DNA of 64,000 nt from Candidatus Poribacteria bacterium (GTDB lineage Bacteria > Poribacteria > WGA-4E > WGA-3G), in contig OZ251518.1 of NCBI GenBank assembly GCA_965242965.1, positions 192,001 through 256,000 on the forward strand, read 5' to 3'. Shown here piece by piece: positions 48,197 to 57,707 of the stretch. Made by a program: the position numbers and the translations under genes. The notes beneath the pieces are model-generated. The model saw only the letters and a list, made by a program, of their open reading frames with translations, made no database searches and was not told the DNA's origin. Positions within the stretch are counted from its first letter, which is position 1. Each line of letters opens with the position of its first letter.

Positions 48197-48475
48197 GGGG
48201 GTTTCCTAACTCCGTTTCGGTATTTATCCCGCCTTGGAGAGCGGGCGAATACCGTAAGGCATCGGGCCCACCTCTTCGGTAGTTATCCCGCCTTGGCGAG
48301 AGGGCGAATACCTGCAGGCATCGGGCCCACCTCTGTAGTTCGGGAGCGCCTGCTCCCGAACGGGTCAGGATCTGGCGATCTTGACCTACAGAGGTGGGCT
48401 GTCGGCGAAAATCCGATGTGGGTGCTTTTTTTGTGAGGGTTGGAGCGCAGGCGCGGTTTCAAACCGCGCCTACCG
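48194..48475. repeat. REP block starting with a TIR variant, flanked by a 38-bp duplication of the pgl 3' end
   Basis: TGAGGGGGTTTCCTAACTCC at 48194; 48162-48199 repeated at 48402-48439 with one mismatch. Confidence 0.85.
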
Positions 48476-49469
48476 GAACATCTTTGACCCACTCGCGATT
48501 TTCCTGATACCATCGGACAAGTTCCGTTATCCCCTGGCGAAACGTGACTTGCGGCCGCCATCCCAAAAGCCGTTCTGCTTTCTGGATGTCTGCCCAAGTC
48601 GCGCGGACATCCGCAGGGTGAAACGGATGATGCTCAAGATTCGCCTTTTTGCCGACGAGTTCCTCTATCAGGCGAATTGTGTCGATGAGGACAATTGGGC
48701 TATCCGAACCGAGGTTGATAATCTCGTAACCGAGGGGTTTCAAGCCTGCGATGACACCGCGGGCAATATCATCAACATACGTATAATCGCGCGAGGACTG
48801 CTTCCCATCGCCGTAAACGGTAACCGGTTCTCCTTCGCTAATCCACTTCACAAATCGGAACGCGCTCATATCTGGCCGCCCCGCCGGTCCGTAGACGGTA
48901 AAGAAGCGGAAAATCGTCGTGTCAATGTCATAGAGGTGGTGATGACTGTGGCAGAGTGCCTCCGCGCCTTTTTTGGAGGCGGCGTAAGGTGAAAGCGGTC
49001 CGTCCGTGTTTGCATCTTCACCGAACGGCAGCGGGTTGTTTTCGCCGTAGAGGCTGGAAGTGGAAGCCAAGACAAATTTTTTGATACCAAACTCACGGCA
49101 GAGTTCCAGCAGATTCAATGTGCCGGTTACGTTGGTATCAACGTAGACCCAGGGGTTCTGCACGGATTGCCGCACCCCTGCGCGCGCCGCGAGGTTGATT
49201 ACCGCGTCAAAATCCACTTGTTTAAATACGTCGTTCAGCGCGTTTCTATCGCAGATATCCAAACGATGGAATTGGAAGATGCCCCGTTCCTGTAGTGCGC
49301 GCTCGCCTGAGCCCGCGGTCTGCAGTTGATTGAGTCTCCACGTTTTGACTGCCGTGTCGTAAGCATCGTTGAGATTATCCACGCCGATGACGGTGTGCCC
49401 ATCCGCGAGCAAGAACTCAGTTACTTTCCAACCGATGAAACCGGCGCAGCCAGTGACAAGATATTTCAT
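48459..49469 (-). CDS. NAD-dependent epimerase, UDP-glucuronate 4-epimerase-like
   Basis: GCAGFIG, NLAARAGVR, ASTSSLYG, YAASKK, FFTVYGPAGRPDM and RDYTYVDD motifs. Confidence 0.92.
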   Translation of the reverse strand: MKYLVTGCAGFIGWKVTEFLLADGHTVIGVDNLNDAYDTAVKTWRLNQLQTAGSGERALQERGIFQFHRLDICDRNALNDVFKQVDFDAVINLAARAGVRQSVQNPWVYVDTNVTGTLNLLELCREFGIKKFVLASTSSLYGENNPLPFGEDANTDGPLSPYAASKKGAEALCHSHHHLYDIDTTIFRFFTVYGPAGRPDMSAFRFVKWISEGEPVTVYGDGKQSSRDYTYVDDIARGVIAGLKPLGYEIINLGSDSPIVLIDTIRLIEELVGKKANLEHHPFHPADVRATWADIQKAERLLGWRPQVTFRQGITELVRWYQENREWVKDVPVGAV

Positions 49470-49502
49470 TAATTAGTGTTCTCCTTCAGCAGGCATATAC
49501 AT

Positions 49503-49685
49503 TGAGGGTGTTTCATAACTCCGTTTCGGTATTTATTCCGCCTTGGAGGGCGGGCGAAATACCGGCAGGCATTGGCCCCACCGCTGTAGTTCGGGAGCAC
49601 CCGCTCCCGAACAGGTCAAGATCAGGCGATCTTGACCTACAGAGGTGATGTAGTCTGAAAACGCGCTTGAAAACCGCGCCTACCG
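49503..49685. repeat. REP block starting with TIR; closely related to 48194-48400
   Basis: TGAGGGTGTTTCATAACTCCGTTTCGGTATTTAT...GTAGTTCGGGAGC...GACCTAC. Confidence 0.85.
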
Positions 49686-49695
49686 GAGAGAAAAA

Positions 49696-50250
49696 TTAGT
49701 CTTTACCCTGAGTGTCTCCGTTTAGGGTTGCCAAAAGCGTGTCAATTTCCGTTTTGAGTTCGGCGTAAACTTTCGGTTTAAAATCCGATTTTCGGTGGAA
49801 GACAAGGATGCCTTTCGGTGAGATGAGATAGAGATTCGGCTTCTCCTTCTCCGTTTGATACTTTTCATGGACGCGCCCTTTCCAATCCATCAGAAACGTG
49901 ACAGGCGGCGGATTTTTCTTCAGTTGATTCCGAATGAACCACTTCGGGACAAACCCTGGCACACTCCGCAAATCGCCGACGATATAGGCGACTGTCCGTT
50001 TATCTTCGGCGTAATCCTTCTGAAACGCCGCCGCCCATTTATCGTCTTCTTTGCGGATTTTCCGGTTGCCCATGATGAGAAAGACCACTTTGCCGCGAAG
50101 TTTTTCGAGGCTATGCGATTTTTCTTCGGCATCTTCAAGCGTAAACAGTGGTGCTTCGTCGTTGATTTTTAGCGGTTTCGTCTCCGTTTTTTCCTCAGCA
50201 AAAGCGAACATCGCGATGCAGATGAAGGCGAAGAGCCAGAGTTGTTTCAT
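49696..50250 (-). CDS. secreted thioredoxin-fold (redoxin/AhpC-TSA-like) protein lacking CxxC
   Basis: Signal peptide MKQLWLFAF..AFA; APLFTLED...SLEKLRGKVVFL; PNLYLISPKG; upstream promoter TTGACA-18-TAAAAT at 50318-50289. Confidence 0.7.
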   Translation of the reverse strand: MKQLWLFAFICIAMFAFAEEKTETKPLKINDEAPLFTLEDAEEKSHSLEKLRGKVVFLIMGNRKIRKEDDKWAAAFQKDYAEDKRTVAYIVGDLRSVPGFVPKWFIRNQLKKNPPPVTFLMDWKGRVHEKYQTEKEKPNLYLISPKGILVFHRKSDFKPKVYAELKTEIDTLLATLNGDTQGKD

Positions 50251-50326
50251 GAGGAGGTTCTCCCTTGCGAGTTGTTTTTTGTTGTGACATTTTAGCATAA
50301 TGGGTGGGTTTCTGTCAAGTTTTGGG

Positions 50327-51380
50327 GCAGGATTTCCAAGATTTTCAAGATTTGCAGGATGAGAGGGCTCTTGGCGATGCAAATCATCTATCTACCGTAG
50401 CGCGGGGGCCTGTCCCCCGCGATCGCCCGCGTGCCCCAGTGACTGTAGTTCGGGATCGCCTGATCCCGAACATGTCAAGATCGGGCAATCTTGACCTACA
50501 GAGAATAGGCTTTACCGTAGCGCGGGGGCCTGTCCCCCGCGATCTACCGATCGAAACGAAAAACGCCCGCAGCAAAGGCCCCGGACGTTTGCTGTCACGA
50601 CCGGGGCACGGCGAGGGACAGGCCCTCGCCCTACGGTGGGAGGAGGGGTGTTTTAGGTGACGTAGCGCGGGGGCCTGTCCCCCGCGCTGCCAATTGTCTG
50701 AAGCAGGATTTCCACGATTTCCACGATTTCCAAGATTATCTCTCGCAACGAGTTTTTTGCAATGGACACCTCTTCAGGTCCTTTAGGACCTGCATGTCTA
50801 TAGAAAAACAGATCTGCGACTGTTTTCAAGGTCCGTTAGGACCTTAATCCAGCGGCAGCGAGGTGAGCAGTGGCACATTAAGGGCTTACAGACCTAAAGA
50901 GACTTTCGGCGCGATACCCACCTAATCCTGAAAATCTTGAAAATCCTGCTCCAGACCTAGGCATGGCGAGGGACAGGCCCTCGTCCTACGGTTCGTGGGC
51001 ACGGTTTGGATAGCGAAAAAAAAGCATATTAAGGTCCTACAGACCTTGGCAATCTTCGCGTCGCATTGTTCTATAGACATTAAGGTCTTACAGACCTAAA
51101 GAGACGTTTCGTCGGAATAAAAACCGCCTAATCCTGAAAATCTTGAAAATCTTGGAAATCCTGCTCCTATCTTGCAAATCCTGCTCCAGGCGAATGGGAT
51201 CGCGGGGGCCTGTCCCCCGCGCTACGGTGAGCCGCAGCTGTCCTCTGACATCGCGGGGGACAGGCCCCCGCGCTACGGTGGACAGCAGCCGGCCCCTGAC
51301 ATCGCGGGGGACAGGCCCCCGCGCTACGGTGGACAGCAGCCCTCCTCTTCACCGTAGGGCGAGGGCCTGTCCCTCGCCAC
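50327..51380. repeat. ~1-kb composite repeat block (largest in the window)
   Basis: 9-bp tandems (AATC(C/T)TGNN), GTAG REPs, AGGTCC..GGACCT hairpins, and ~50-bp tandems at 51200-51345. Confidence 0.92.
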
Positions 51381-51425
51381 GCCTCGGTCTGAATAGAAGA
51401 CATCGCGGACGTTTCTTCTGCGCCG

Positions 51426-52937
51426 CTATCCCCCAAAAAGCGGTAAGATATACGGCACTATCACCTTCTGGATGACCGTCAACGTCCCGAAGATGGAATA
51501 AAATCCGGCGCACAAAACTAAACCGATTTGTTTCCAGACAGGCGGTTGGATCTCCGGCGGTAAGAATTTCCGATTGACGTAGAGGGTGTGAAGCGAGGTA
51601 ATCACGAGTAGGTAACCGCCGACCGTCGCTGATACTAAAATCATGAAAAACGGTTTGGCGAGATACATCGCGATGACTCCCCAAAGGATATAGACGACGA
51701 GAATCGGGTAGTAAATCCACTTCGCGCCGTGTTCTCCCAGTTTACGCGTGCCTTTAAACCCGGTCCAGATAATATCGGTATACCGACGCGGGACTCCGTC
51801 TACGCCGCCGAGTTGCGTTGAAAACAGCACCCAAAATCCACAAAGTAAGGTGAGATACCAGAGGTGCCTGCCGCCTTTTGCAGCGAGGCCTTCTGCTTGG
51901 AATGCTGCGGCAGACCACTGGTCGACCGCTTGGCCAGAAGGGACGAACGCTAGTGTTAGCATTGCCGGCAGCGCAAGCCCGATGAAACAGCCGATTAGCC
52001 AGATGTAATACTGCTCAAAGCGGACATATTTCCACCACTCTCGGAAGCGCGCGAGGTTTTCGGGGGTGATGCGGAATACCTTGCCCCAGTGCGATAACGT
52101 CACGTTTTGTCCGCCGATGATAGAGGGAATCGCGCCGACGAGACTGCTCATGCCCCAGCCTTTATCACGGACATAATTGGTAATGGTGACGTTGCCTAAG
52201 CCGCCACTCCCGGCGTAAGCGGCGAACGCGCCGAGCAACACCCAGTCTACCTGTCCGCCATCGGCTGACTGCGGCAACGCGCCGAAACTGAAGAAGCCTT
52301 TGACGACACTCCACCACACACTGGGCGGCACGAGAAACAGGTCGATGATGACGAGGTAGCCGATAATCCAGACTACCATGAAAAGTTGCACTTTCTCCAG
52401 CGCGTTGTAAATCTTGCCACCGAATAGGACGATACCCAAACAGATGAAAAAGATGGCGAAGGCAAAGAGACGCACCGTGCCGCCATCGGCATCTTGTGGC
52501 ATATAGCCTAACCATGCGGCGGCGAGCGCGGTTGCGGCTGTCATTGCCCAACCGGGCCAGATGCCGAAGAAGTCAACGGCGGAATAGAAAATCGCCCAGA
52601 ACCGCGCGCCCGGTTTGCATCGCATATAGCCGCTCAGCATCGGTTCGCCGCTATAGAGGGTATAGCGGATCGCTTCGGTGTTGAGGATCGCCTGTAGTAA
52701 AATCGCGAAGGTGGCAATCCAGAGTAGACGGCCTCCGTATTGTGCGGTAATCGCCGGACCGAGCAGCCATTCGCCACTGCCGATGGAACCGCCTAAGGCG
52801 ATGATGCCGGGGCCCAGGATGCTCCGAAACGCTTTTCCGAATTGATAACGGGGCGGCGCGGGGAGTTCCGCGACTTCCCAATCCGGGAGCGCGCCGCCGT
52901 GAACCCGTTCGTGGGTCTGTCCGTATGTCTGTGCCAT
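51426..52937 (-). CDS. Nramp-like (APC superfamily) membrane transporter
   Basis: LGPGIIALGGSIGSGEWLLGP, RYTLYSGE and AFAAYAGSGG motifs; about 11 TM helices. Confidence 0.8.
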   Translation of the reverse strand: MAQTYGQTHERVHGGALPDWEVAELPAPPRYQFGKAFRSILGPGIIALGGSIGSGEWLLGPAITAQYGGRLLWIATFAILLQAILNTEAIRYTLYSGEPMLSGYMRCKPGARFWAIFYSAVDFFGIWPGWAMTAATALAAAWLGYMPQDADGGTVRLFAFAIFFICLGIVLFGGKIYNALEKVQLFMVVWIIGYLVIIDLFLVPPSVWWSVVKGFFSFGALPQSADGGQVDWVLLGAFAAYAGSGGLGNVTITNYVRDKGWGMSSLVGAIPSIIGGQNVTLSHWGKVFRITPENLARFREWWKYVRFEQYYIWLIGCFIGLALPAMLTLAFVPSGQAVDQWSAAAFQAEGLAAKGGRHLWYLTLLCGFWVLFSTQLGGVDGVPRRYTDIIWTGFKGTRKLGEHGAKWIYYPILVVYILWGVIAMYLAKPFFMILVSATVGGYLLVITSLHTLYVNRKFLPPEIQPPVWKQIGLVLCAGFYSIFGTLTVIQKVIVPYILPLFGG

Positions 52938-52938
52938 A

Positions 52939-53967
52939 TTACCACTCCCAGAAAATCGCAACGCCCAACCTATCGGCGATGTCCGCGAGGCTTTGCAAGT
53001 GGTTGCGGTGGATAGGGATGCCGCTTTCTCGCCACTTGTCGTAGTTATTCCACTCGATCTCGCCGGGGAGGAACGCCTGTTCTACGCCTTCCGCCGTTTT
53101 CGAGGCGTGAATTTTGTCAATCGCCTGCTGAAGTTCGGCGGCGTATGCATCGTAATCCGTGAAACTCGCGACGTTTATCGCCATGAAGAAGTGCTCGGAA
53201 GGGTCATCGGCTTTGTTGGATGCCATCAAGCCGCCGCAGAGCGGTCCCGCCAAAATGCCCATGACGAGTGCGAGTCCGTAGCCTCTCGGACCGGCGGCGG
53301 GTGCGAGTAAACGGCTATTACCCGGGTCATCGGTAGGTTGGCCTCTGTCGTCCAAAAGCCATCCGTGCGGAATGGGTTTGCCATACATCCGCAGCGTGCC
53401 GATTTTCCCCCAAGCGGATGCGCCGCACGCCATGTCCAACACGATCGGATGTCCATCGCCGGTGGGGAGCGCGTAACTCATCGCGTTGTTTGCGACGACA
53501 GCCTCCGCGCCACCGGGTGCGGCTACGGACACCCGTCCTGTGTTCGTCGTTGAAAAACCGATGAGTTGTTCGGATGCCGCCATGATGGAATAGCATCCCG
53601 CTGCGCCGAAGTGCCCGGCGTTACGGACACCCGCTGCGGCCACCCCGGTCGTTTTCGCTTTCGCAATCGCTGTCTGCATCGCGAAGGTGCTAGCGAGGTG
53701 CCCCATCCCGTTATCGCCATCAATTACGGCGAAACTCGGTCCATCCGTAACGATGCGCAAGTCGGGTTTTGGATTCATCTTGTCCGCAAGCACTAGGTTT
53801 AGATATCCGGGCAAGGCGCGTGTGCCGTGTGAATGCACGCCGCGCAGATCGGTTTGCACCTGCAATTTCGCCATTTGTTCTGCGTCTTCGGGAGGGAGTC
53901 CAGCTTTTTCACAAAGCGTCTGGGCGAAATCGTGCAATTTCGTTGCGTCTACCACAATCTCCTGCAT
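52939..53967 (-). CDS. Ldh_2 family (malate/L-lactate/ureidoglycolate dehydrogenase-like) oxidoreductase
   Basis: DLRGVHSHG, DGDNGMGH, HFGAAGCY, VLDMA, GYGLALV and LPGE motifs. Confidence 0.9.
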   Translation of the reverse strand: MQEIVVDATKLHDFAQTLCEKAGLPPEDAEQMAKLQVQTDLRGVHSHGTRALPGYLNLVLADKMNPKPDLRIVTDGPSFAVIDGDNGMGHLASTFAMQTAIAKAKTTGVAAAGVRNAGHFGAAGCYSIMAASEQLIGFSTTNTGRVSVAAPGGAEAVVANNAMSYALPTGDGHPIVLDMACGASAWGKIGTLRMYGKPIPHGWLLDDRGQPTDDPGNSRLLAPAAGPRGYGLALVMGILAGPLCGGLMASNKADDPSEHFFMAINVASFTDYDAYAAELQQAIDKIHASKTAEGVEQAFLPGEIEWNNYDKWRESGIPIHRNHLQSLADIADRLGVAIFWEW

Positions 53968-53996
53968 AAGGTTCTCCTGAATAGAGTGTTGTTTTC

Positions 53997-54025
53997 AGTT
54001 TAGCAGACATCGTTTTATGCGTCAA
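53997..54025 (-). promoter_or_regulatory. sigma70-type promoter of the Ldh-transporter operon
   Basis: TTGACG-17 bp-TAAACT with extended -10 TG. Confidence 0.6.
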
Positions 54026-54059
54026 GGAGAAAATGGGAGGTGCGAGAGAAAAGGGTTCG

Positions 54060-54480
54060 CGGCGCGTAGTGCGAGGGCCTGTTCCTCGCGAAAATAACCG
54101 CTCGCGGCGGGAGCGATTGCATCGAGACCGGGAGGTCTCTCCTACCGGAACGCATCGGGCCCACCTGTGTAGTTTGTGATCGCCTGATCACAAACAGGTC
54201 AAGTCAAGCCCACTTCTGTAGTTTGTGCTCGCCTGATCACAAACGGGTCAAGTCGGGCCCACCTCTGTAGTTTGTGCTCGCCTGATCACAAACGGGTCAG
54301 GATCAGGCGATCCTGACCTACAGAGGGGATGAGGTTTGACAGTCAAACGCATGGCGAGGGACAAGCCCTCGCCCTACGAAAAAAAATGAAGATGAGGCAT
54401 GGCGAGGGACAGGCCCTCGCCCTACGAAAAAAATGAAGATGAGGCATGGCGAGGGACAAGCTCTCGCCTTACGAAAAAAT
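54060..54480. repeat. Composite REP block
   Basis: 3x GTAGTTTGTG(A/C)TCGCCTGATCACAAAC; 3x GCATGGCGAGGGACA..CTCGCC.TACGAAAAAA. Confidence 0.9.
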
Positions 54481-54484
54481 GAAC

Positions 54485-55090
54485 CTACTGCGCGCCTTTC
54501 AACGCGCCCCAGGTTGTCGTCACTTTCCCTGTCGGTTCAACGGGAGTTGTGGGCAATGCGCCGACGGTTTTGCGGAAATACACGTCATCTTCGACATCGT
54601 TTGGGCCTGCCCAGACCCAGAATGCTGTAGAATCCGGGTCTTTCAGGATTTCGCGCATCGTATCTGCACCGAATCCCCAGATGCCCTCGCCAAACGGGTC
54701 CAGTTGCGTGGCGTTATCCCAGCCGCTGTCGTCAAAATCGGGTTGTTCCCATCCATCGGTGCGTTCCTCAATAGGAACACCCGCGTTTGCCTTCCAAGTC
54801 TCGTCTGATGGGATATACGTGCCATCGTCAAGGATGACATCAAACAAGGCACCGCCGCGCCCGGCATCACCGGGTTCGGCATCGTGCACGTAGACAGCGA
54901 TGACAGCATACCCATCGGGCATGTCAAACTCGGTGACGCTGGCTTCCTGCCAGTTATTGCCTTCCGCGACTTGCTCGCCGTTGACGAAGCCTACCCAGGA
55001 ATTATCGCCGTTGATGCGCAGTGTCGCCGCCCACAGGCTAGCCGTGGCCATCGCGAGAATCAGAAGTGTTGCAACAAAAAGTCTTTTCAT
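54485..55090 (-). CDS. secreted beta-sandwich/lectin-like protein with C-terminal PVEP..TTWG motif
   Basis: Signal peptide; GDNSW..FVNG, GWEQPDFDDSGW, VYFRKT; tail PVEPTGKVTTTWGALK. Confidence 0.75.
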   Translation of the reverse strand: MKRLFVATLLILAMATASLWAATLRINGDNSWVGFVNGEQVAEGNNWQEASVTEFDMPDGYAVIAVYVHDAEPGDAGRGGALFDVILDDGTYIPSDETWKANAGVPIEERTDGWEQPDFDDSGWDNATQLDPFGEGIWGFGADTMREILKDPDSTAFWVWAGPNDVEDDVYFRKTVGALPTTPVEPTGKVTTTWGALKGAQ

Positions 55091-55146
55091 TGATGAATCT
55101 CCTTTTCAGTTTTATGCAGTAAGGCGAGTTCAGGCGAACTCGCTCA

Positions 55147-55262
55147 TTCGTAGGGCGGGGGCCTGTCCCCCGCCATGTATTGTTACTCATTCGTAGGGCG
55201 GGGGCCTGTCCCCCGCCATGTATTGTTACTCACTCGTAGGGCGGGGGCCTGTCCCCCGCCAT
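55147..55262. repeat. Three 43-bp tandem REP units
   Basis: GTAGGGCGGGGGCCTGTCCCCCGCCATGT at 55150, 55193 and 55236. Confidence 0.92.
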
Positions 55263-55280
55263 GTAGAGAGAATGAGATGG

Positions 55281-55916
55281 CTACCTTGCCATCCGCTTAA
55301 CTCGCGCCCATGTCGTCGCGAGTTTATCTTGGGGTTCAACTGGGAGTGTGCCGATGGCGTAACGGAAATAGATGTCGTCTTCCGCGTCATTCGGTCCGCA
55401 CCATGCCCAGAATGCTTCACAATCCGGGTCCTTCAGGATTTGGCGCATTTGCGCGGCCCCGAATCCCCAGATGCCGCCCCCGAATTGTTCGTAAATTTCG
55501 AGTTCGTCTTCCCATTTGCTGTCGTCAAAATCGATTTCTTCCCAGCCGTCCTTCCGGTCTTCGATGGGTTTGCCGGTATCACACCGCCAGCCTTCTTCGC
55601 CGGTGCCGATGTATTCCGGTGCATCGTCGAGAATGATGTCGGCGAGAAACCCGCCTCTGCCAGCGGCACCCGGTTCCGCGTCGTGGACGTAGATGGCAAT
55701 GAGCGCAAACCCTTTGTCGAGTTTAAACTCGGTGACGGTGGGCTGCTGCCAATTGTTGTTCGCGGCGACTTCTTCGCCGTTGACAAACGCGACCCAACTG
55801 TTATCGCCGCTGATACGCAGAACGCCGTTTTTAGGCTCGGCGTTTACAGCGGGAGTGAGAAGCATTCCGATGAGCAAGAATGCAAGTATTAAACGTCCCA
55901 TAGATTGGGTATTCAT
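55281..55916 (-). CDS. secreted lectin-like protein, tandem paralog of 54485-55090
   Basis: Shared GDNSWVxFVNG, VHDAEPG.AGRGG and GIWGFGA; tail PVEPQDKLATTWARVK. Confidence 0.78.
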   Translation of the reverse strand: MNTQSMGRLILAFLLIGMLLTPAVNAEPKNGVLRISGDNSWVAFVNGEEVAANNNWQQPTVTEFKLDKGFALIAIYVHDAEPGAAGRGGFLADIILDDAPEYIGTGEEGWRCDTGKPIEDRKDGWEEIDFDDSKWEDELEIYEQFGGGIWGFGAAQMRQILKDPDCEAFWAWCGPNDAEDDIYFRYAIGTLPVEPQDKLATTWARVKRMAR

Positions 55917-55992
55917 AAAACCTCCGTTTTTTGTTAATTTTGGTAGGCGCAGTTTGAAACCGCGCCATTCATCAGGACAGACGCAAATGCTA

Positions 55993-57291
55993 TTATTCTG
56001 CGCCGGTCCTCTTCATTTCAAATTCGCGATAGAGCGAAAGCACCCCATCGGCGGTGTTGTCGTTGAAGAGACTCCGCGCGTAGGGTTCATAAGGCGCATA
56101 CTGCGTTTTAAAATAAGAGACGACAGATGCCTGTTTGGGTTCAATCCGATTTTCCTCAATTGCTTCACATAAAGCACGATAGGGCGGCCAGCGGCGCAAC
56201 TGTTCGTGGAAAATGAGTTCTGCATCCGCGCCCGCATCGGCGTAAATCTTGCCTAAAGGCGTGAGCGCGTAGGTGACTCGTCTTCCTACCGGCTGTTTCT
56301 CTACCAAGCCGAGGATAGTCAGATTATCCAACGCTTTGCGGACACCGGTATCTCCCGTTTTCCAATCGCGTTCTTCCAACCATCGGCGGAGGATGCGGCG
56401 CGTCCGGTTGGGACAGGCACTGACAGCCGCTGCCGTAATCTTCATTGCCCTGTAAACGCGGGCGGAATAGCCTAACAAGGCATCTTCAATTTCCCACGCC
56501 TCCCACAGGCTGAGTGCCGATTGCCGGTCGGCGATGTAGCGCGCTTCCTGCGTCTCTTGCAAGAAATGGAAGTTCCCCGTGCCGAATTGTGTTTGCGCGA
56601 GGCGGAGGCGCGGCAAACGGCGGAGCCACTTCTCCAATTCATCAGGAAAACAGATAAATTCGGGAAACCCCTCAAGCGTTTTACATTGCGGCTGCGCATC
56701 AAGTTGTAAGCGTGACTGATGCTTCCCGGTGCCGCCGATGATGCAATTCCCTTCCATGCCAAAGGCATCTAACAGCACGGAGGTGTATTTCTCACCGGGC
56801 GCGATGCGCGATAAAACGTGTGGACGTAGCGCGCGCCAATCGATGAGGAGAATCTCCAGTGACGTTTCCTGCCGTTGCCATTCGTGAACGCTTTCGTCAA
56901 ACCCGTTGAGAGAGACGCAGACGATGCCTTTGCACGCCAGATCACGGGCGGCTTGCAGGCGGCGTTCGACATGCAAATCCGAGAGAGTTGCGGCGCGTTT
57001 TTCAAAAAATTTCGCTTCCAATAGATAGCGGTTCGCGCCATCCCACAAAATCCCATCGCACTGATAGAGCGTGCCGGAATCGCCATACAGGCAACTTGAC
57101 CATTCCTGAACCTCTAGACTCCGCACGGAGTTGTAATAACTGAGGATCAGGTGCTCGAAGGCGTTCCCGCGTTTTGAAGGCGAAGATGGCAACGCAATTT
57201 TCGGCGAGGCTTTGCTGCTTAAGACGAAGGGTGCGGCTTCCTCTTTCAAAGCGGTAGTCAAGGTTGTGGGATGTGCGTAGATATATGCCAT
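55993..57291 (-). CDS. Mrr-like PD-(D/E)xK restriction endonuclease with C-terminal winged-helix-like region
   Basis: KRGNAFE...CDG...LLEAKF...GIVCVSLNGF; C-terminal VRKALDNLTILGLVEK..RRVTYALTPLG. Confidence 0.65.
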   Translation of the reverse strand: MAYIYAHPTTLTTALKEEAAPFVLSSKASPKIALPSSPSKRGNAFEHLILSYYNSVRSLEVQEWSSCLYGDSGTLYQCDGILWDGANRYLLEAKFFEKRAATLSDLHVERRLQAARDLACKGIVCVSLNGFDESVHEWQRQETSLEILLIDWRALRPHVLSRIAPGEKYTSVLLDAFGMEGNCIIGGTGKHQSRLQLDAQPQCKTLEGFPEFICFPDELEKWLRRLPRLRLAQTQFGTGNFHFLQETQEARYIADRQSALSLWEAWEIEDALLGYSARVYRAMKITAAAVSACPNRTRRILRRWLEERDWKTGDTGVRKALDNLTILGLVEKQPVGRRVTYALTPLGKIYADAGADAELIFHEQLRRWPPYRALCEAIEENRIEPKQASVVSYFKTQYAPYEPYARSLFNDNTADGVLSLYREFEMKRTGAE

Positions 57292-57352
57292 CTTGATTTC
57301 CAAGGTTTCCGTGCTGTCGGCGGGTCCTCCGGGTCCTGATTCCGTCCTTCTT

Positions 57353-57686
57353 GTAGGCGGGACATCCTTGTCCCGATATGATATTGCATCGAGACCAGGA
57401 GGTCTCTCCTACGGGGACAAGGGACATCCTTGTCCTGATTCCGCCGTTTTTGTAGGCGGGACATCCTTGTCCCGATACTCTTCTAGTAGGCGGGACATCC
57501 TTGTCCCGATATGATATTGCATCGAGACCAGGAGGTCTCTCCTACAAGGCCAAGGGACATCCTTGTCCTGATTCCACCGTTTTTGTAGGCGGGACATCCT
57601 TGTCCCGATACTCTTCTAGTAGGCGGGACATCCTTGTCCCGATATGATATTGCATCGAGACCGGGAGGTCTCTCCTACGGGGACAA
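57353..57686. repeat. 133-bp tandem repeat (~2.5 copies) of GTAG REP modules
   Basis: GTAGGCGGGACATCCTTGTCCCGATATGATATTGCATCGAGACC... at 57353, 57486 and 57619. Confidence 0.92.
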
Positions 57687-57707
57687 TAGCCCTCCGGGTG
57701 CGGTATC

